From a virus: DNA of 64,000 nucleotides. The notes under the pieces are model-generated. The model was not told the origin of the DNA. It made no database searches and saw nothing but the letters and a program-made list of their open reading frames with translations. Made by a program: the position numbers and the translations under genes. This document shows positions 37,099 to 47,020 of this stretch, one piece after another. The stretch is taken from IMG/VR virus record IMGVR_UViG_3300031251_000010, positions 1 to 64,000 of that record, one strand, 5' to 3'. Positions within the stretch are counted from its first letter, which is position 1. Each line of letters opens with the position of its first letter.

Positions 37099-37616
37099 TC
37101 GAATAACGCGAGCTGCCCGATAGGTTCTTCTTCCAGCTGGAACGCGCGCCGTAGTAGCACCTTCTCCAGGTCCGATATGCGCCAGTGCTCGGCGCGGGCA
37201 GCCTCGTCTTCGGCGTCGGTGGGGTGGTAGCGCTTACAGGGCTCCGAGTGCTCAGTGCGTGCCTCGTGCTTCCACGGGCAGTGACACCAGCCGTACTGGA
37301 GAAGGTTGAGGGCGCGGCTGTCTTTCCGCCATTGCTCCATCTCGGCACGGAGATCCGCCGGCAGTGCGAGGCCGTACGCGGTGATCCGGGTGACCTTGAT
37401 CAAGAGGACGGGGGTTCCGAACGCTGGGCAGTGGATCTTGCCGCCGTTGGTGCTGAACCCGCCCTGGAGCCATTCGGGGCCGCCTTCAACGTCACGCAGC
37501 GTGCCGCCCCACTGGCTCTGGGCTAGGTAGTCTGCGCCCGCCTTGCTGAGGAGAGCGTCGAGGATCATCCAGCCGCCCATCGCGAACAGGAGCCAACGCT
37601 CGTCCTCGCTCAGCAC
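37095..37616 (-). CDS. hypothetical protein
   Basis: last gene of the early leftward operon. Confidence 0.5.
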   Translation of the reverse strand: MLSEDERWLLFAMGGWMILDALLSKAGADYLAQSQWGGTLRDVEGGPEWLQGGFSTNGGKIHCPAFGTPVLLIKVTRITAYGLALPADLRAEMEQWRKDSRALNLLQYGWCHCPWKHEARTEHSEPCKRYHPTDAEDEAARAEHWRISDLEKVLLRRAFQLEEEPIGQLALFD

Positions 37617-37981
37617 GGCGGGTCGTTCTCACGGTGGTATCGGGCCCAGGCCAGTTGCCGCCGGGACTCCAGGTGATGTTTCTCGGCGGCGCGGCGCGCG
37701 GCGCGTAGGTCATGGCCTCGGTATAGCTCCGAGGGGACGATGATGGCACCTGGTTCGGACGGGTGGTCGTATTCTGCGATCCAGTGTCGCTCAACAACAT
37801 TCCGTGGCTCCCAAGTGCCGCTGAACAGCTTGCTCATCATATGAAGTGTGTACTCCCTGATGCGCAGCCGGAGGCGGTACCTCCCCTCGCTGGCATCGCG
37901 GTGGGGCGCGAACCAGCAGACCCCCTTGTCCCAACGGTCATATTGGCCGCGTTGCCAATCCAGGCTTCCGTCGATCATCAC
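37610..37981 (-). CDS. hypothetical protein
   Basis: coupled ORF. Confidence 0.5.
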   Translation of the reverse strand: MMIDGSLDWQRGQYDRWDKGVCWFAPHRDASEGRYRLRLRIREYTLHMMSKLFSGTWEPRNVVERHWIAEYDHPSEPGAIIVPSELYRGHDLRAARRAAEKHHLESRRQLAWARYHRENDPPC

Positions 37982-38739
37982 CGCGCCCTCACGGGCTGCA
38001 TACCGGGGATGGCCATTCGGATGAGCCTGTGTGGACTCCCGTCAAATCCGTTGAGCGCGAACGTAAGCATCTGCCACCCGTCCCACCGGGCCATCTGGAG
38101 CCAGCCTTTCGCCGGTACAAGCTCCAGGGGCACGCGCTGCACATAGGGGCCGACATGGAGTAGGGCTTCCACGGGGACAACGATCTGCCGTTCGTGCACC
38201 GATCCTGCTCTCCGCTCGGTGATCCGGACGAAAACGAGTTCTCTCCACTGGTCGTACCTGCTGGATGTCTCCACTTCGATGATGGGGGTTACCAGCTCAG
38301 GTTCAGGCATTCCTTCGGCCACGCTCCAGCGGACTATTGGCACTGCTGCCATTAGTGCCAGTCGATCCACCGGGCGCTCGATCAGAGCCACGATTTCCTC
38401 TTGAGTAGGGTCCGTGGGGGCCACGCTAACGTCGGGGACCGCGTCAACTTGGAACATCGTGGGCGATGCTGTCTGAAATATCGGCCAACCCGTCCTACGG
38501 TCAGCATCGAAACCATCACCCACGGGGGTGTTCCGGTACGCCACCTTCTGCTCCCCCGTTCCGTACGGGCCGGGGCAGCCGCCCAATGCGAGGCCATGCC
38601 ATTCGCGACCGCACACCGCGCACTTGTCCTGGTTGACGTTGTGGTCGTAGCCGCTTCGCTGGCTGTAGCCGGACAGCTGTTCATCGACCAGCTCGCCGAT
38701 CGCATCGATGACGTTCTGCTCTGGGTTGCGGGTGTTCAT
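37978..38739 (-). CDS. hypothetical protein
   Basis: start MNTRNP with GGAG RBS; CAVCGREWHG motif. Confidence 0.55.
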   Translation of the reverse strand: MNTRNPEQNVIDAIGELVDEQLSGYSQRSGYDHNVNQDKCAVCGREWHGLALGGCPGPYGTGEQKVAYRNTPVGDGFDADRRTGWPIFQTASPTMFQVDAVPDVSVAPTDPTQEEIVALIERPVDRLALMAAVPIVRWSVAEGMPEPELVTPIIEVETSSRYDQWRELVFVRITERRAGSVHERQIVVPVEALLHVGPYVQRVPLELVPAKGWLQMARWDGWQMLTFALNGFDGSPHRLIRMAIPGMQPVRAR

Positions 38740-39158
38740 CGGGTTCTCCTTGCGCGGCGGCGCTTCTTGTATTCGAGTACGTCTCCCCACCGGAAACGGG
38801 GGCCGTCTGGGGTGTCTATGGCCCGGACACCATCGAGCCCTTGCTTGGCGCGGCTGTTCCACATGCGTACGGCAGCCGGTGAAACGTAGGCGTGTGCGGC
38901 GACCTCGGCCGTCGTGAGTAGGTCATCCTCGCCGGGCGGTGCGAGCTGCGGCACCACCCACAGCTGGTTGCCTTGCTGGTCGTCCTGCCAGTAGCAGTCC
39001 AGATTGGCGACCACCCCAAGGACGGGGTGGGTGGCCGGTACGTACTCAGCTAGGCACTCGGTGAGCTGTTCAGCGAGGCGCCGGTACGACAGCGCAACGC
39101 GGCGCGTCCGCTCCACAGGGGAATCACCCCGGTACCGGTGGACGTTCGGGTTAGTCAA
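38736..39158 (-). CDS. HTH DNA-binding protein (MerR/excisionase-like C-terminus)
   Basis: LLTTAEVAA....SPAAVRMW...PRFRWGDV. Confidence 0.6.
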   Translation of the reverse strand: MTNPNVHRYRGDSPVERTRRVALSYRRLAEQLTECLAEYVPATHPVLGVVANLDCYWQDDQQGNQLWVVPQLAPPGEDDLLTTAEVAAHAYVSPAAVRMWNSRAKQGLDGVRAIDTPDGPRFRWGDVLEYKKRRRARRTR

Positions 39159-39332
39159 CGGATTTCGCCGCCTTCTGGCCGAGTGCCGCTACTACAGGCA
39201 GTACCTCGCCGTCGATGTCGTAAGCCATCCCGAACGTGAGTTCCAATACACCTTCAATCATTCTGGCGCCCTTGAGTTTTGATTTGACGAAGTGACCCGT
39301 CTTCGGGTCCTGGAAGCTGAGACCCTCGATGC

Positions 39333-40334
39333 TCACTTCTTAGGGCCTTTCACTGTCTGGCGTTCCTTCGGGGTTTGGTGCGGGACGAGGCCGTTATTGA
39401 GGACACCCTGAATGCTTTCCGCGACAACGCGGCCCGCGCCGGGCAGATCAATGGCCGGGTCGCTGTCCGCCTTCTTGACTAGGTTGGAGATCTCATCGAG
39501 TCTTGAATAGGCTTCTGCTAGCAGGAATTTCAGCAAGTCAGTCTCCTCTTGTTCCTTGATCAGGTCGATTACTAGCCCTTGGAGCCACTGGTACTCGCGC
39601 TCAGGCCAGCGAGCGCCACATGTGGTGCAGTCGTATTCGGCGGTCCCGTCCCAGCGGCCAACGGTGTAGGCACCGCACTGCTCGCCCTTGTGGTTGACCG
39701 CCGGGCAGGGCATAGGGTCCGAATGCCGGAGCGCGGCGCGGCCGAGTTCCTGGTAGACGAGCCGGGACGCGTGCACGATCTGCGCCGCGATACCGACACC
39801 GTCGAACGATTGAAATTCTCTTGGCTGTCCGTTGCGGGGGTGCCAGCCTTCATCCCCGTCTGGTATCCGCCCCCACACGAGCATGTCCTGCTCCGGCTGG
39901 GCCAGCAGCACATCGAGATTCGGCTCCAGAATGTTCACGGCGTGTTCGACGGTCGCCTTGTCGTGGGCGGGGAATCCCATCCGTCCGTGCCGCTGCCGGC
40001 CATTGATGTTCAGCGCGGTCTCTACCATCTCGGCGGCGCGGTCGGCGAGGTCAACGATGTGGGCCTGGAGGGCTTCGCGGTGTTCGTTGATGACGAGGGC
40101 GTGCTCGTGGGTGCCGGATACCTTGGCGCCCCCGGCGATGAATCGCTCGCCCATGCCGTGGTGGAGCCGTTCCCAGTCGGCAGGCATACCTTTCACCGCG
40201 TAGCGGAGTTTCGTGAGGCATCCATCGCAGACCACGCCGTCAACGATTTGCGCGCCGACATGCTCGTCTTCGAGTAGTTCGCGGCGGGTGCAGCGGGCCT
40301 CGAAAGCGCAGCGGTGCGGGTCGCGTTGTGTCAC
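39333..40334 (-). CDS. zinc-ribbon protein, possible late transcription regulator
   Basis: CDGC, PCP...CG, CTTCG motifs. Confidence 0.5.
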   Translation of the reverse strand: MTQRDPHRCAFEARCTRRELLEDEHVGAQIVDGVVCDGCLTKLRYAVKGMPADWERLHHGMGERFIAGGAKVSGTHEHALVINEHREALQAHIVDLADRAAEMVETALNINGRQRHGRMGFPAHDKATVEHAVNILEPNLDVLLAQPEQDMLVWGRIPDGDEGWHPRNGQPREFQSFDGVGIAAQIVHASRLVYQELGRAALRHSDPMPCPAVNHKGEQCGAYTVGRWDGTAEYDCTTCGARWPEREYQWLQGLVIDLIKEQEETDLLKFLLAEAYSRLDEISNLVKKADSDPAIDLPGAGRVVAESIQGVLNNGLVPHQTPKERQTVKGPKK

Positions 40335-40711
40335 TCGGGTTCTCCGTTCGCGAGTTCGAGTAGGACATCGGCATGGCAGGGTTGATCGAGCGCGCAGTAG
40401 CAGCACAGGTCGTGTCCGCGTAGCAGCGGCACCAAGTCCTCTACGCGCTTAATGGAGCCGAGGAGCCAGCGGCGGTAAAGCCGCACCGCGTAGTCGGCTG
40501 CCCATTCGCGTGTCCCGGTGCCCTGGAAGAACGTTCCGGGACCCTCGACTGTCCAGACGCGTTCGCGGCGGCGGCTGAGTAGGCCGGGCTCCGTTCCGGC
40601 GGGTACGACCTTGAACGGGTTCCCCCATCGGCCGGGCCGAGTAACGCAGATCGCGCCTTCCGGTTTGCGCCAGCCCTTTACGCGTTGCCGCTGGATACGT
40701 TGTGGGCTCAT
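40331..40711 (-). CDS. DUF4326 family protein
   Basis: RIQRQR.KGWRKP...RPGRWGNPF...LRGHDLCCYC...CHADVL. Confidence 0.8.
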   Translation of the reverse strand: MSPQRIQRQRVKGWRKPEGAICVTRPGRWGNPFKVVPAGTEPGLLSRRRERVWTVEGPGTFFQGTGTREWAADYAVRLYRRWLLGSIKRVEDLVPLLRGHDLCCYCALDQPCHADVLLELANGEPE

Positions 40712-40928
40712 TTGTTCACCCCGAGGTAGTCGGCAAGCACCTTGTGCACGAGTGCGAGCGCGCCATCGCGGTGATAGTGATCGACGTGCCCGGATGCCGG
40801 TTCCGCGCGGTCGCTACTGGTCACGCTGTACTCGTAGCCTCGGGTGTCCGTGTAATCGCTCCACTCAACGCACTTGATTTCCACATGACCGACCAGCAGG
40901 CCGTTCACTGTGAGATCGACTGAAAGGC

Positions 40929-41369
40929 TCACGCGGCCTCCTGTTCCCATGAGTTGGCGCAGGTGATGCAGGTGCGGAGGACATACCGGCGCACCGGGTA
41001 GCCGCCCCAGCCCCAGTCGGTGTCGCAGAACCCCTCGAGCTCGGGCACCTCGATGTGGTGCACGGTCTCGGTCGCGCAGGCCGGGCAGGTATCAAAGGAG
41101 TTGAACACCATAGGTATTCGGTGGGGGCTGGTCTTGCGGGTAAACCAGCCGGTGTCGCCCTGGCGGGCGTTCGGCGGCCACACAGCAACATCCACCCAGG
41201 CGGGCCTGCCCGTGGCGATGCCCGGGAGTTCTATCCGGTCTCCGGGGTGGAGGGTGTCTGGCAGGTTGAGGGTCGGTAGTTCACCCTTCTGGTATATGAG
41301 ATTGAACGAGAGGGGCCATCGTTTCCCGTTGCGTTCCAGCCAGACTGGCTCCGGGGTGTGGGCGGTCAT
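40929..41369 (-). CDS. hypothetical zinc-binding protein
   Basis: CPAC...H...RTCITC. Confidence 0.5.
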   Translation of the reverse strand: MTAHTPEPVWLERNGKRWPLSFNLIYQKGELPTLNLPDTLHPGDRIELPGIATGRPAWVDVAVWPPNARQGDTGWFTRKTSPHRIPMVFNSFDTCPACATETVHHIEVPELEGFCDTDWGWGGYPVRRYVLRTCITCANSWEQEAA

Positions 41370-42163
41370 TTCTCGCCCCATTGCTGTTTGCAGTTGGTGC
41401 ATTCGCGGCCGATGGTGGCTCCTTCGGGTAGGTCTGTGGTGTGGAGGTAGTGGGCGTCTACCCATCCGCAGCGGGGGCAGCTGTTGGTTGCTTTGAACTC
41501 ACGCACCGGGATTGGGCTGGTGTAGCTGAGTAGGAACTCGGGTGGTTCTGGTTGGTCCGAGCTGGCCCCGGCGCCTTCGATGAGGAATCGCGAACCGTCC
41601 CAGAGGTATCCGCACCGCTCGTTCTCGTCGTAGAACAAGGTGTTCTTGTCTGCCACGGTCAGCCAGGTCGGCAACTCGCCCACGTGCTGGACGGCTGGTC
41701 CCATCTTCAAAGTGGCTGCAATGCTTTGGGCCCGGTACAAGCCAGCGAGAACGGCTGCCAGGCCGGGTTGGTCGTCAGGGCGTGCGGCGCCCTCCTGCTG
41801 CGCCGCGAGCTGCCTTTCCCAAGGCGTTTGGGGACGAATCACGGGGCCAGCTTGAATCGGTGGCGTGCATATTGGCGGCGCCCCCCATGCCTGGCCGTCC
41901 CGCGTGATGTCTGCCCGGCGGGGAGAGACGGAGGCCTTCCCACGGCCCACCGTGACATCGCCGTCGATGGTGTGCGCCGCGAGGGAGCCGTTCGTGGCCG
42001 TGATGGTGATGTTGGTGCCGGATATCAGTGTCGAGTTGTCGCCCGCCACCTGAACCCGATTCGTCCCGGCAGAGTCACGGCGCAGTTTCCACACGCGGAA
42101 CCACACGAGGTCGAGCACGAGTGCGCTCAACGCGATGATCATCGCCATGTTGGCGACGGTCAC
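41366..42163 (-). CDS. hypothetical membrane-anchored protein
   Basis: N-terminal TM, C-terminal CPRC...RECTNC. Confidence 0.5.
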   Translation of the reverse strand: MTVANMAMIIALSALVLDLVWFRVWKLRRDSAGTNRVQVAGDNSTLISGTNITITATNGSLAAHTIDGDVTVGRGKASVSPRRADITRDGQAWGAPPICTPPIQAGPVIRPQTPWERQLAAQQEGAARPDDQPGLAAVLAGLYRAQSIAATLKMGPAVQHVGELPTWLTVADKNTLFYDENERCGYLWDGSRFLIEGAGASSDQPEPPEFLLSYTSPIPVREFKATNSCPRCGWVDAHYLHTTDLPEGATIGRECTNCKQQWGEK

Positions 42164-42379
42164 GTTGTTCGCCTGCTCTCCACTGCCAAGATGTCGTACA
42201 CGCAACCCATGGCGTGGGGCTGGGAGTCGAAGGCGGCCATAGGATTCAGCTGTCCCGGCCGCCATACCCACCACCGTGGGGTTTGAATACCGAGTAACGG
42301 CGGTAGTTCCGGCCATGGTGGTCGCTCACCGGCCAGTGATTTCCGTATCCGCCAGCGCTCTAACTGTTCTGGTGTCCAT

Positions 42380-42793
42380 TCACGCGCCATCGGGGAACAC
42401 CTCCTCGTACCGGCGAACCGAACGCAGGATTTCCCGGTGGCTCCTGATGGGCGCTACGCATGTTTCGCAGCGCAGGGATTCATCTCGGCCGGAGAGGATG
42501 GCGTGGAGGCCGCGCGTGGCTACGTCCAAGCAGATCTTGATGACCAGCTCGGTAGCGCATTCATGGCATAAAAAGCTCACCCAGTTCCCAAACTCGTTGA
42601 CGCCGTCGCCCTTGCATTCATCGGTCGCGTGCGCCTCGATCACGTACACGGCGGCGTTCGGGCACGGCTCGTCGTCGTGTGCGGCGCACTGGCATCCGGT
42701 CCGATGGCCTTGGAATTGCTCGTTCAGATCGGGCAGCTCCGAGGCGATGAGCGCCTGAATCTGGGCTTCCGACAATCGTTCCGCCATCATCAC
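42380..42793 (-). CDS. hypothetical Cys-rich protein
   Basis: coupled ORF. Confidence 0.5.
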   Translation of the reverse strand: MMMAERLSEAQIQALIASELPDLNEQFQGHRTGCQCAAHDDEPCPNAAVYVIEAHATDECKGDGVNEFGNWVSFLCHECATELVIKICLDVATRGLHAILSGRDESLRCETCVAPIRSHREILRSVRRYEEVFPDGA

Positions 42794-43023
42794 TGCGCTC
42801 CCTCGTACGGCGGGTAGGTCGTAGGCATCACGGCCAGCACAGTCACGTACTGGCGTATCCGGTCGGCGATGACCGGGCCGCCGTCCTCGGCGGTCTCCTC
42901 GTAGTCGGCTACACCGGCCAGACTCAGGCGCGCCAGTTCCATCCCGAGGTCAATTCCGTCCTGGAAGGCGGTTTGTATCGCCTCCGGCGTGGCGCTGGCG
43001 GCCTCGGGAGTCGGCTGCGTCAT
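42790..43023 (-). CDS. hypothetical protein
   Basis: coupled ORF. Confidence 0.45.
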   Translation of the reverse strand: MTQPTPEAASATPEAIQTAFQDGIDLGMELARLSLAGVADYEETAEDGGPVIADRIRQYVTVLAVMPTTYPPYEGAQ

Positions 43024-43634
43024 CGGTCGCTCCTGACCGGTTCACCGCATCCGGCGGCCCCGAACTCATCCCACGGAATGAACCGCTCGACTTCGACTTG
43101 GCCGTCGGTGGAGACGACGATCCTGTCCAGGTCGTCATAGGTGTCCGCCGACCACGTGTCAACCAGTCGGCGGCACCAGAAGCCCCACAGCCGTCTTCGG
43201 CGCCCCGTGATGATCAGCGTCCAGCAAGGGATGCGGCCGGTGTTCCACAGACGCACGCGAGGCGCTCGCTGCCCGAGCGTTTCGAGCTCGCCGACTTCCG
43301 CCAGTGTCTTGTCCAGGATGACCCGGTGGCGCCACTTGGCTGGGCGGAACACGACGGACCCGGCGCGGCGTCGGCGCTCCCCGGTGGGCGTCATTTCGGT
43401 GTAGCTGCCCCGCAGAACGACGGAAACGAACCACCATGGGTGATCGTGTAGGGCGCGGTCTTCGTCGTCGCGTAGGAACTTGTGGAGATACACGTTCAGC
43501 CAGCGGTTCCTCGGGATCACGTACCAGCGCAGCAAGTACGGCGGCTCGCCCTCGGCGCCGATGGGCTGGTGGGGTTCCAGCCGGAGCCACTTCCGCAGCC
43601 ATTGGTGGTTGTTCGGTCCAGTGGTGGTGCTCAT
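43020..43634 (-). CDS. cupin-fold protein
   Basis: LHKF..DD.DRALHDHPW..VS..L.G.Y.E...HRV. Confidence 0.65.
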   Translation of the reverse strand: MSTTTGPNNHQWLRKWLRLEPHQPIGAEGEPPYLLRWYVIPRNRWLNVYLHKFLRDDEDRALHDHPWWFVSVVLRGSYTEMTPTGERRRRAGSVVFRPAKWRHRVILDKTLAEVGELETLGQRAPRVRLWNTGRIPCWTLIITGRRRRLWGFWCRRLVDTWSADTYDDLDRIVVSTDGQVEVERFIPWDEFGAAGCGEPVRSDR

Positions 43635-43803
43635 CAGGTCTCCTCGGGTGCTGGTTGGTTGTGTCGTTGCTTCTGGTGGAGTGGCATCACGCCGTCGCGG
43701 CGGATGCGGTAGGGGCGCTGGCAGGTTGGGCAGTTGGCGCGGCCTCTACGCGGTCTGATGAGCGGAACCTTGCCGCTGCCGGCACATACCTTGTCGGTGG
43801 TGT

Positions 43804-44448
43804 TCATCGCTCGTCCCGGAGTCGCCCGTGGGCGCGGAGTACGGCGGCGGCTTCCTCGGCGGCATCCCAGCCTGAGCGGTCTCCGCCGTTGCGGTCGGGG
43901 TGGGCTCCGGCTCGTGCTGCTCGGTAGACCCTGTCGAGCGGCGAATCCATATCGCCAGCGGCAAGTCGGAGTTGGCGTTCAGCCTCATCCGCGGTGACGC
44001 CTGCGGGTGCTTGTTCTCCGGCGGACGGGAGTTGCTTCCATCCGGCGTATTGCTCGCTTCGAGGTGTGATCCCGTAGCGATCGAGACGCCGGAGCGCTTC
44101 CAAGGCGAGCGCGATAGCACGGAGGTTGTCTTGCCAGCTGGTGAACGTGTCGCAGGGGAACGACAGTGGGCCTGTGCGGGACTCGACGTTCAGGATGACG
44201 CCGGGGTGTTCGGGTTTGGCGGTAGCGCGGGGCATCCCGTCGATACGGAAGTCCTGTTCACGCATGGCGATCTGGAGGATGGCGGGTGCGTTCCGCTGGC
44301 CGTTCCCGAGATACCAGAGCTCGCGGTCAAGAAGGCCGAGGGTGTCGCCCCATTGCGCGGAGAAGTTCGAGCGGCGGCGTTCCTGGGTGAGCTGGTGTGG
44401 CCAGGCTGTGATCGGGCGCAGGGTCATGTTGGTGGGGTAACTCGTCAT
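43804..44448 (-). CDS. DnaJ-like protein (C-terminal J-domain remnant)
   Basis: WQDNLRAIALALEALR and C-terminal HPDRNGG. Confidence 0.65.
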   Translation of the reverse strand: MTSYPTNMTLRPITAWPHQLTQERRRSNFSAQWGDTLGLLDRELWYLGNGQRNAPAILQIAMREQDFRIDGMPRATAKPEHPGVILNVESRTGPLSFPCDTFTSWQDNLRAIALALEALRRLDRYGITPRSEQYAGWKQLPSAGEQAPAGVTADEAERQLRLAAGDMDSPLDRVYRAARAGAHPDRNGGDRSGWDAAEEAAAVLRAHGRLRDER

Positions 44449-45383
44449 GCTGACTCCTTGGGTGCTTCGGGGTTGCATTGGCAGCGGCGGAGGCTGTTGT
44501 CGTCGGTGTCGAGCCAGCCGCGCCCGTCGCAGTCGGTGCAGGCGGCGATGCGGGCGCGGCGTTCGGCTTTCTCGCGGGCGGGGCGTTCTGCGTCCCAGGC
44601 TTCGCGGCGTTCACGATGGCGCTGGCATGCGCGGCACGGATCGTCGGTGCCGCCAGGATGCTTTGGGCAGAAATCGGGGGGCGGCGCGGAGCGCTCCCCA
44701 ACCCAGGTACCTACGGAAGGTGAGATAACACCCTGACCCTGACCCTGACCCGACCCTGAGGCGAACCCTTCTCCAAAGGGTTCCCGGAAGGGTTCTATTT
44801 CCCCAGGTGGCGTGAACCCTTCTGGTAACCCTTCACCAAAGCCTTCAGTAAAGGGTTCCGGAAAGGGTTCCGATAGCCCTTGGGTAAGGGTTCCCAAGTG
44901 CGCCAACGCTTCCGCGTGAGCCCTCTTCAAGTTGTCGCGGAGCTTCACCGCTTTCAGGCTTTCGCCTGTGATCGACGGCAGCGGCACCCGCTCCAGCTCG
45001 CCGGTAAGGACGTACGCGAGTTTCGGCGACTCCACGTGCGCCGCCGAGCGGAGTGCCGACAGCATCACGTTGGGCTGCTTGCCAACCTCGTCGCGGCGCA
45101 TAAACGACCGCACCAGGGTCTCCCCGGTGTCTTCGTCAGTGAACACGTACCGGCGGCGCTCCAGCCGCACCAGAGCGTTCTCTACGGCAGACTCCTGGGG
45201 TATGCGCCCGCCCTGACGGAGGGCCTTCCGCCAGCGCCGCATGTTGATCGGCTGCAACCCCGCGTAATTCATGGACGGTTGCGCGATCAGCACACAGAAC
45301 AGGAGTTTGTCGAATACCTCCTGCGAGCAGAAGTCCTCATCGGTCCACATCGAGAACCACATACGCCCGTACTCGCGAGGCAC
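44445..45383 (-). CDS. replication initiator protein
   Basis: N-terminal MWTDEDF wHTH-like region, internal EPF/EGF repeats, C-terminal CPKHP..C.AC and CTDCD zinc motifs. Confidence 0.65.
   Translation of the reverse strand: MPREYGRMWFSMWTDEDFCSQEVFDKLLFCVLIAQPSMNYAGLQPINMRRWRKALRQGGRIPQESAVENALVRLERRRYVFTDEDTGETLVRSFMRRDEVGKQPNVMLSALRSAAHVESPKLAYVLTGELERVPLPSITGESLKAVKLRDNLKRAHAEALAHLGTLTQGLSEPFPEPFTEGFGEGLPEGFTPPGEIEPFREPFGEGFASGSGQGQGQGVISPSVGTWVGERSAPPPDFCPKHPGGTDDPCRACQRHRERREAWDAERPAREKAERRARIAACTDCDGRGWLDTDDNSLRRCQCNPEAPKESA
44764..44892. repeat. iteron-like AACCCTT/AAGGGTT repeats (putative replication origin)
   Basis: ten copies (eight exact) in both orientations, mostly at 12-bp periodicity. 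Confidence 0.6.
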
Positions 45384-45411
45384 TACTGCTCCCCTTCCAT
45401 CTTGTTGTTGT

Positions 45412-46119
45412 TCACCAGCCGAACTCCGTGGGTACGTACACCTGTGTCTGTGAACGGATGAATCCCGAATCCACCGGGGGTTGATCGGATTCCGTGACTC
45501 GGATTAGGAGCCGCCAGCCACGCCACTGGGCGGGCGTCGCGGTATGGACATTCGACCAATCCCACGACATCCACTGCGCCAAAGGGGCATCCACGAAATC
45601 GTCCTCAGTCAGATGCTTGGCAGAATTCACCTTGGCCGTTAGTTCCCGGTATAAACCCGAGTCCTCACCATGGTCCAACCCCACGGTGAATGGGAATGCC
45701 ATGAACTTTGTGGGGCAATCGTTCCCGACATGGATGGTATGGAACCGAGGTCGGTACCCTCCGGCCTCTTGAGCGCACTGAGCCTTCATCGAGGGAGGGC
45801 CAGCATTGAACGGGGTGCCGACCTTTTCCGTCGCTGTGTCGAGACGCGGAACGCCATCGGTATGCCAGCCGGGTATGGCCGGGATGAAACCCGGCAGCAG
45901 TAGTGAGACCTTGGTGTCCACAAACACGTGCTTGTGGTCCCCGACAATCGGGGCCTGCTCCAAGCACCGCTGCACAGCGGGGCCGCCGAACAGCACGGCG
46001 TTCTGGAGGCTCGCGCGCTCCAAGTTCGGTGTGGCCGGCAGGCATCCCCTTTCCTGCGCGTAGAACTCGACTCGCTGGCCCAGGTGCGGAGGTTCTACGT
46101 TGAACGTGTAGGCGGTCAC
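45412..46119 (-). CDS. putative 2OG-Fe(II) oxygenase-fold protein
   Basis: PGWHTDG (HxD) ... VHTATP....WRLLIRV. Confidence 0.55.
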   Translation of the reverse strand: MTAYTFNVEPPHLGQRVEFYAQERGCLPATPNLERASLQNAVLFGGPAVQRCLEQAPIVGDHKHVFVDTKVSLLLPGFIPAIPGWHTDGVPRLDTATEKVGTPFNAGPPSMKAQCAQEAGGYRPRFHTIHVGNDCPTKFMAFPFTVGLDHGEDSGLYRELTAKVNSAKHLTEDDFVDAPLAQWMSWDWSNVHTATPAQWRGWRLLIRVTESDQPPVDSGFIRSQTQVYVPTEFGW

Positions 46120-46538
46120 TGGATCACTTGCCACGGCTTGTCGTCGCGGATCTTCCAGCCGAGGCCGGGTAGCTCCGGGCCACTCTCGACTTCGACCTTC
46201 TTGTCGCTCGGTGGCTGAACGACCAGCCACGTCAACCGTTGCTCAACATCCGAGTAGTACCGGCGGGCTAGACGCCCGTCGTTGTGGGTAGCGACAGTGC
46301 CCTCCGCGTACCCCAGGCGAGTGGAGTTGACCTTCTGAATCAGCGATATAACAAGTGATTTCGCGGCCTTGGCGTCGATTTCCCTCATTTGGCTTGCGGC
46401 ATAACCCGGCTTGAAGTTGACCGCCAGCCATGACTCATTCACCGTTTCGCGCAGCAGCCGAACCACATTGGCTAGCTCCTCCTCGGACACGGTGACGCGG
46501 CTATCGTGCCGCACTGGCATTGGAGGGGTGTCGGTCAT
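46116..46538 (-). CDS. hypothetical protein
   Basis: coupled ORF from MTDTPP. Confidence 0.45.
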   Translation of the reverse strand: MTDTPPMPVRHDSRVTVSEEELANVVRLLRETVNESWLAVNFKPGYAASQMREIDAKAAKSLVISLIQKVNSTRLGYAEGTVATHNDGRLARRYYSDVEQRLTWLVVQPPSDKKVEVESGPELPGLGWKIRDDKPWQVIQ

Positions 46539-47020
46539 AGTGTGCTCTCCGCTCTTTTGATGATCGCCACGCCCGCCGCCCGATACGCGAGCGCCTGTAC
46601 TACGTGCTGTGGCAACGGTTCCGGTGTCTTGTTGATCGAGACTTTGCGCCGTACCTCGATGCGCCCGTGCGGGTGAACCCACCACAGGCCGCATCCGTAG
46701 ACGGGTGGGTGTTCGATGAGTTCGGCAGGGACGACGTACACAAATCGATGGCACACGCGGCGCCAGGGTTGGACCTTCTCCCAGGTCTCCCTCGCAGCAT
46801 CGGCCTTGGAGACCTTGATCTCGATCGCGGTGCGCTCCAAGCTGTCGAACATCAACGCGTCGATCCGGCGCGTGTAGGGCTGGCCGTGCCCATCGGGCAG
46901 CTCAGCCCAAGTTGGATGGTCGTCGTGGATCACTACTTCGGGTACCAGCGCTGCACCACTATGGTGTTTGCGCAGTGCAGTGAGCACATCAGCGGCGTTC
47001 ATCGGTACTGGCACGGTCAC
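46535..47020 (-). CDS. PD-(D/E)XK nuclease-like protein (MmcB-like)
   Basis: EV...RRIDAL...AIEIKVSKAD. Confidence 0.65.
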   Translation of the reverse strand: MTVPVPMNAADVLTALRKHHSGAALVPEVVIHDDHPTWAELPDGHGQPYTRRIDALMFDSLERTAIEIKVSKADAARETWEKVQPWRRVCHRFVYVVPAELIEHPPVYGCGLWWVHPHGRIEVRRKVSINKTPEPLPQHVVQALAYRAAGVAIIKRAESTL

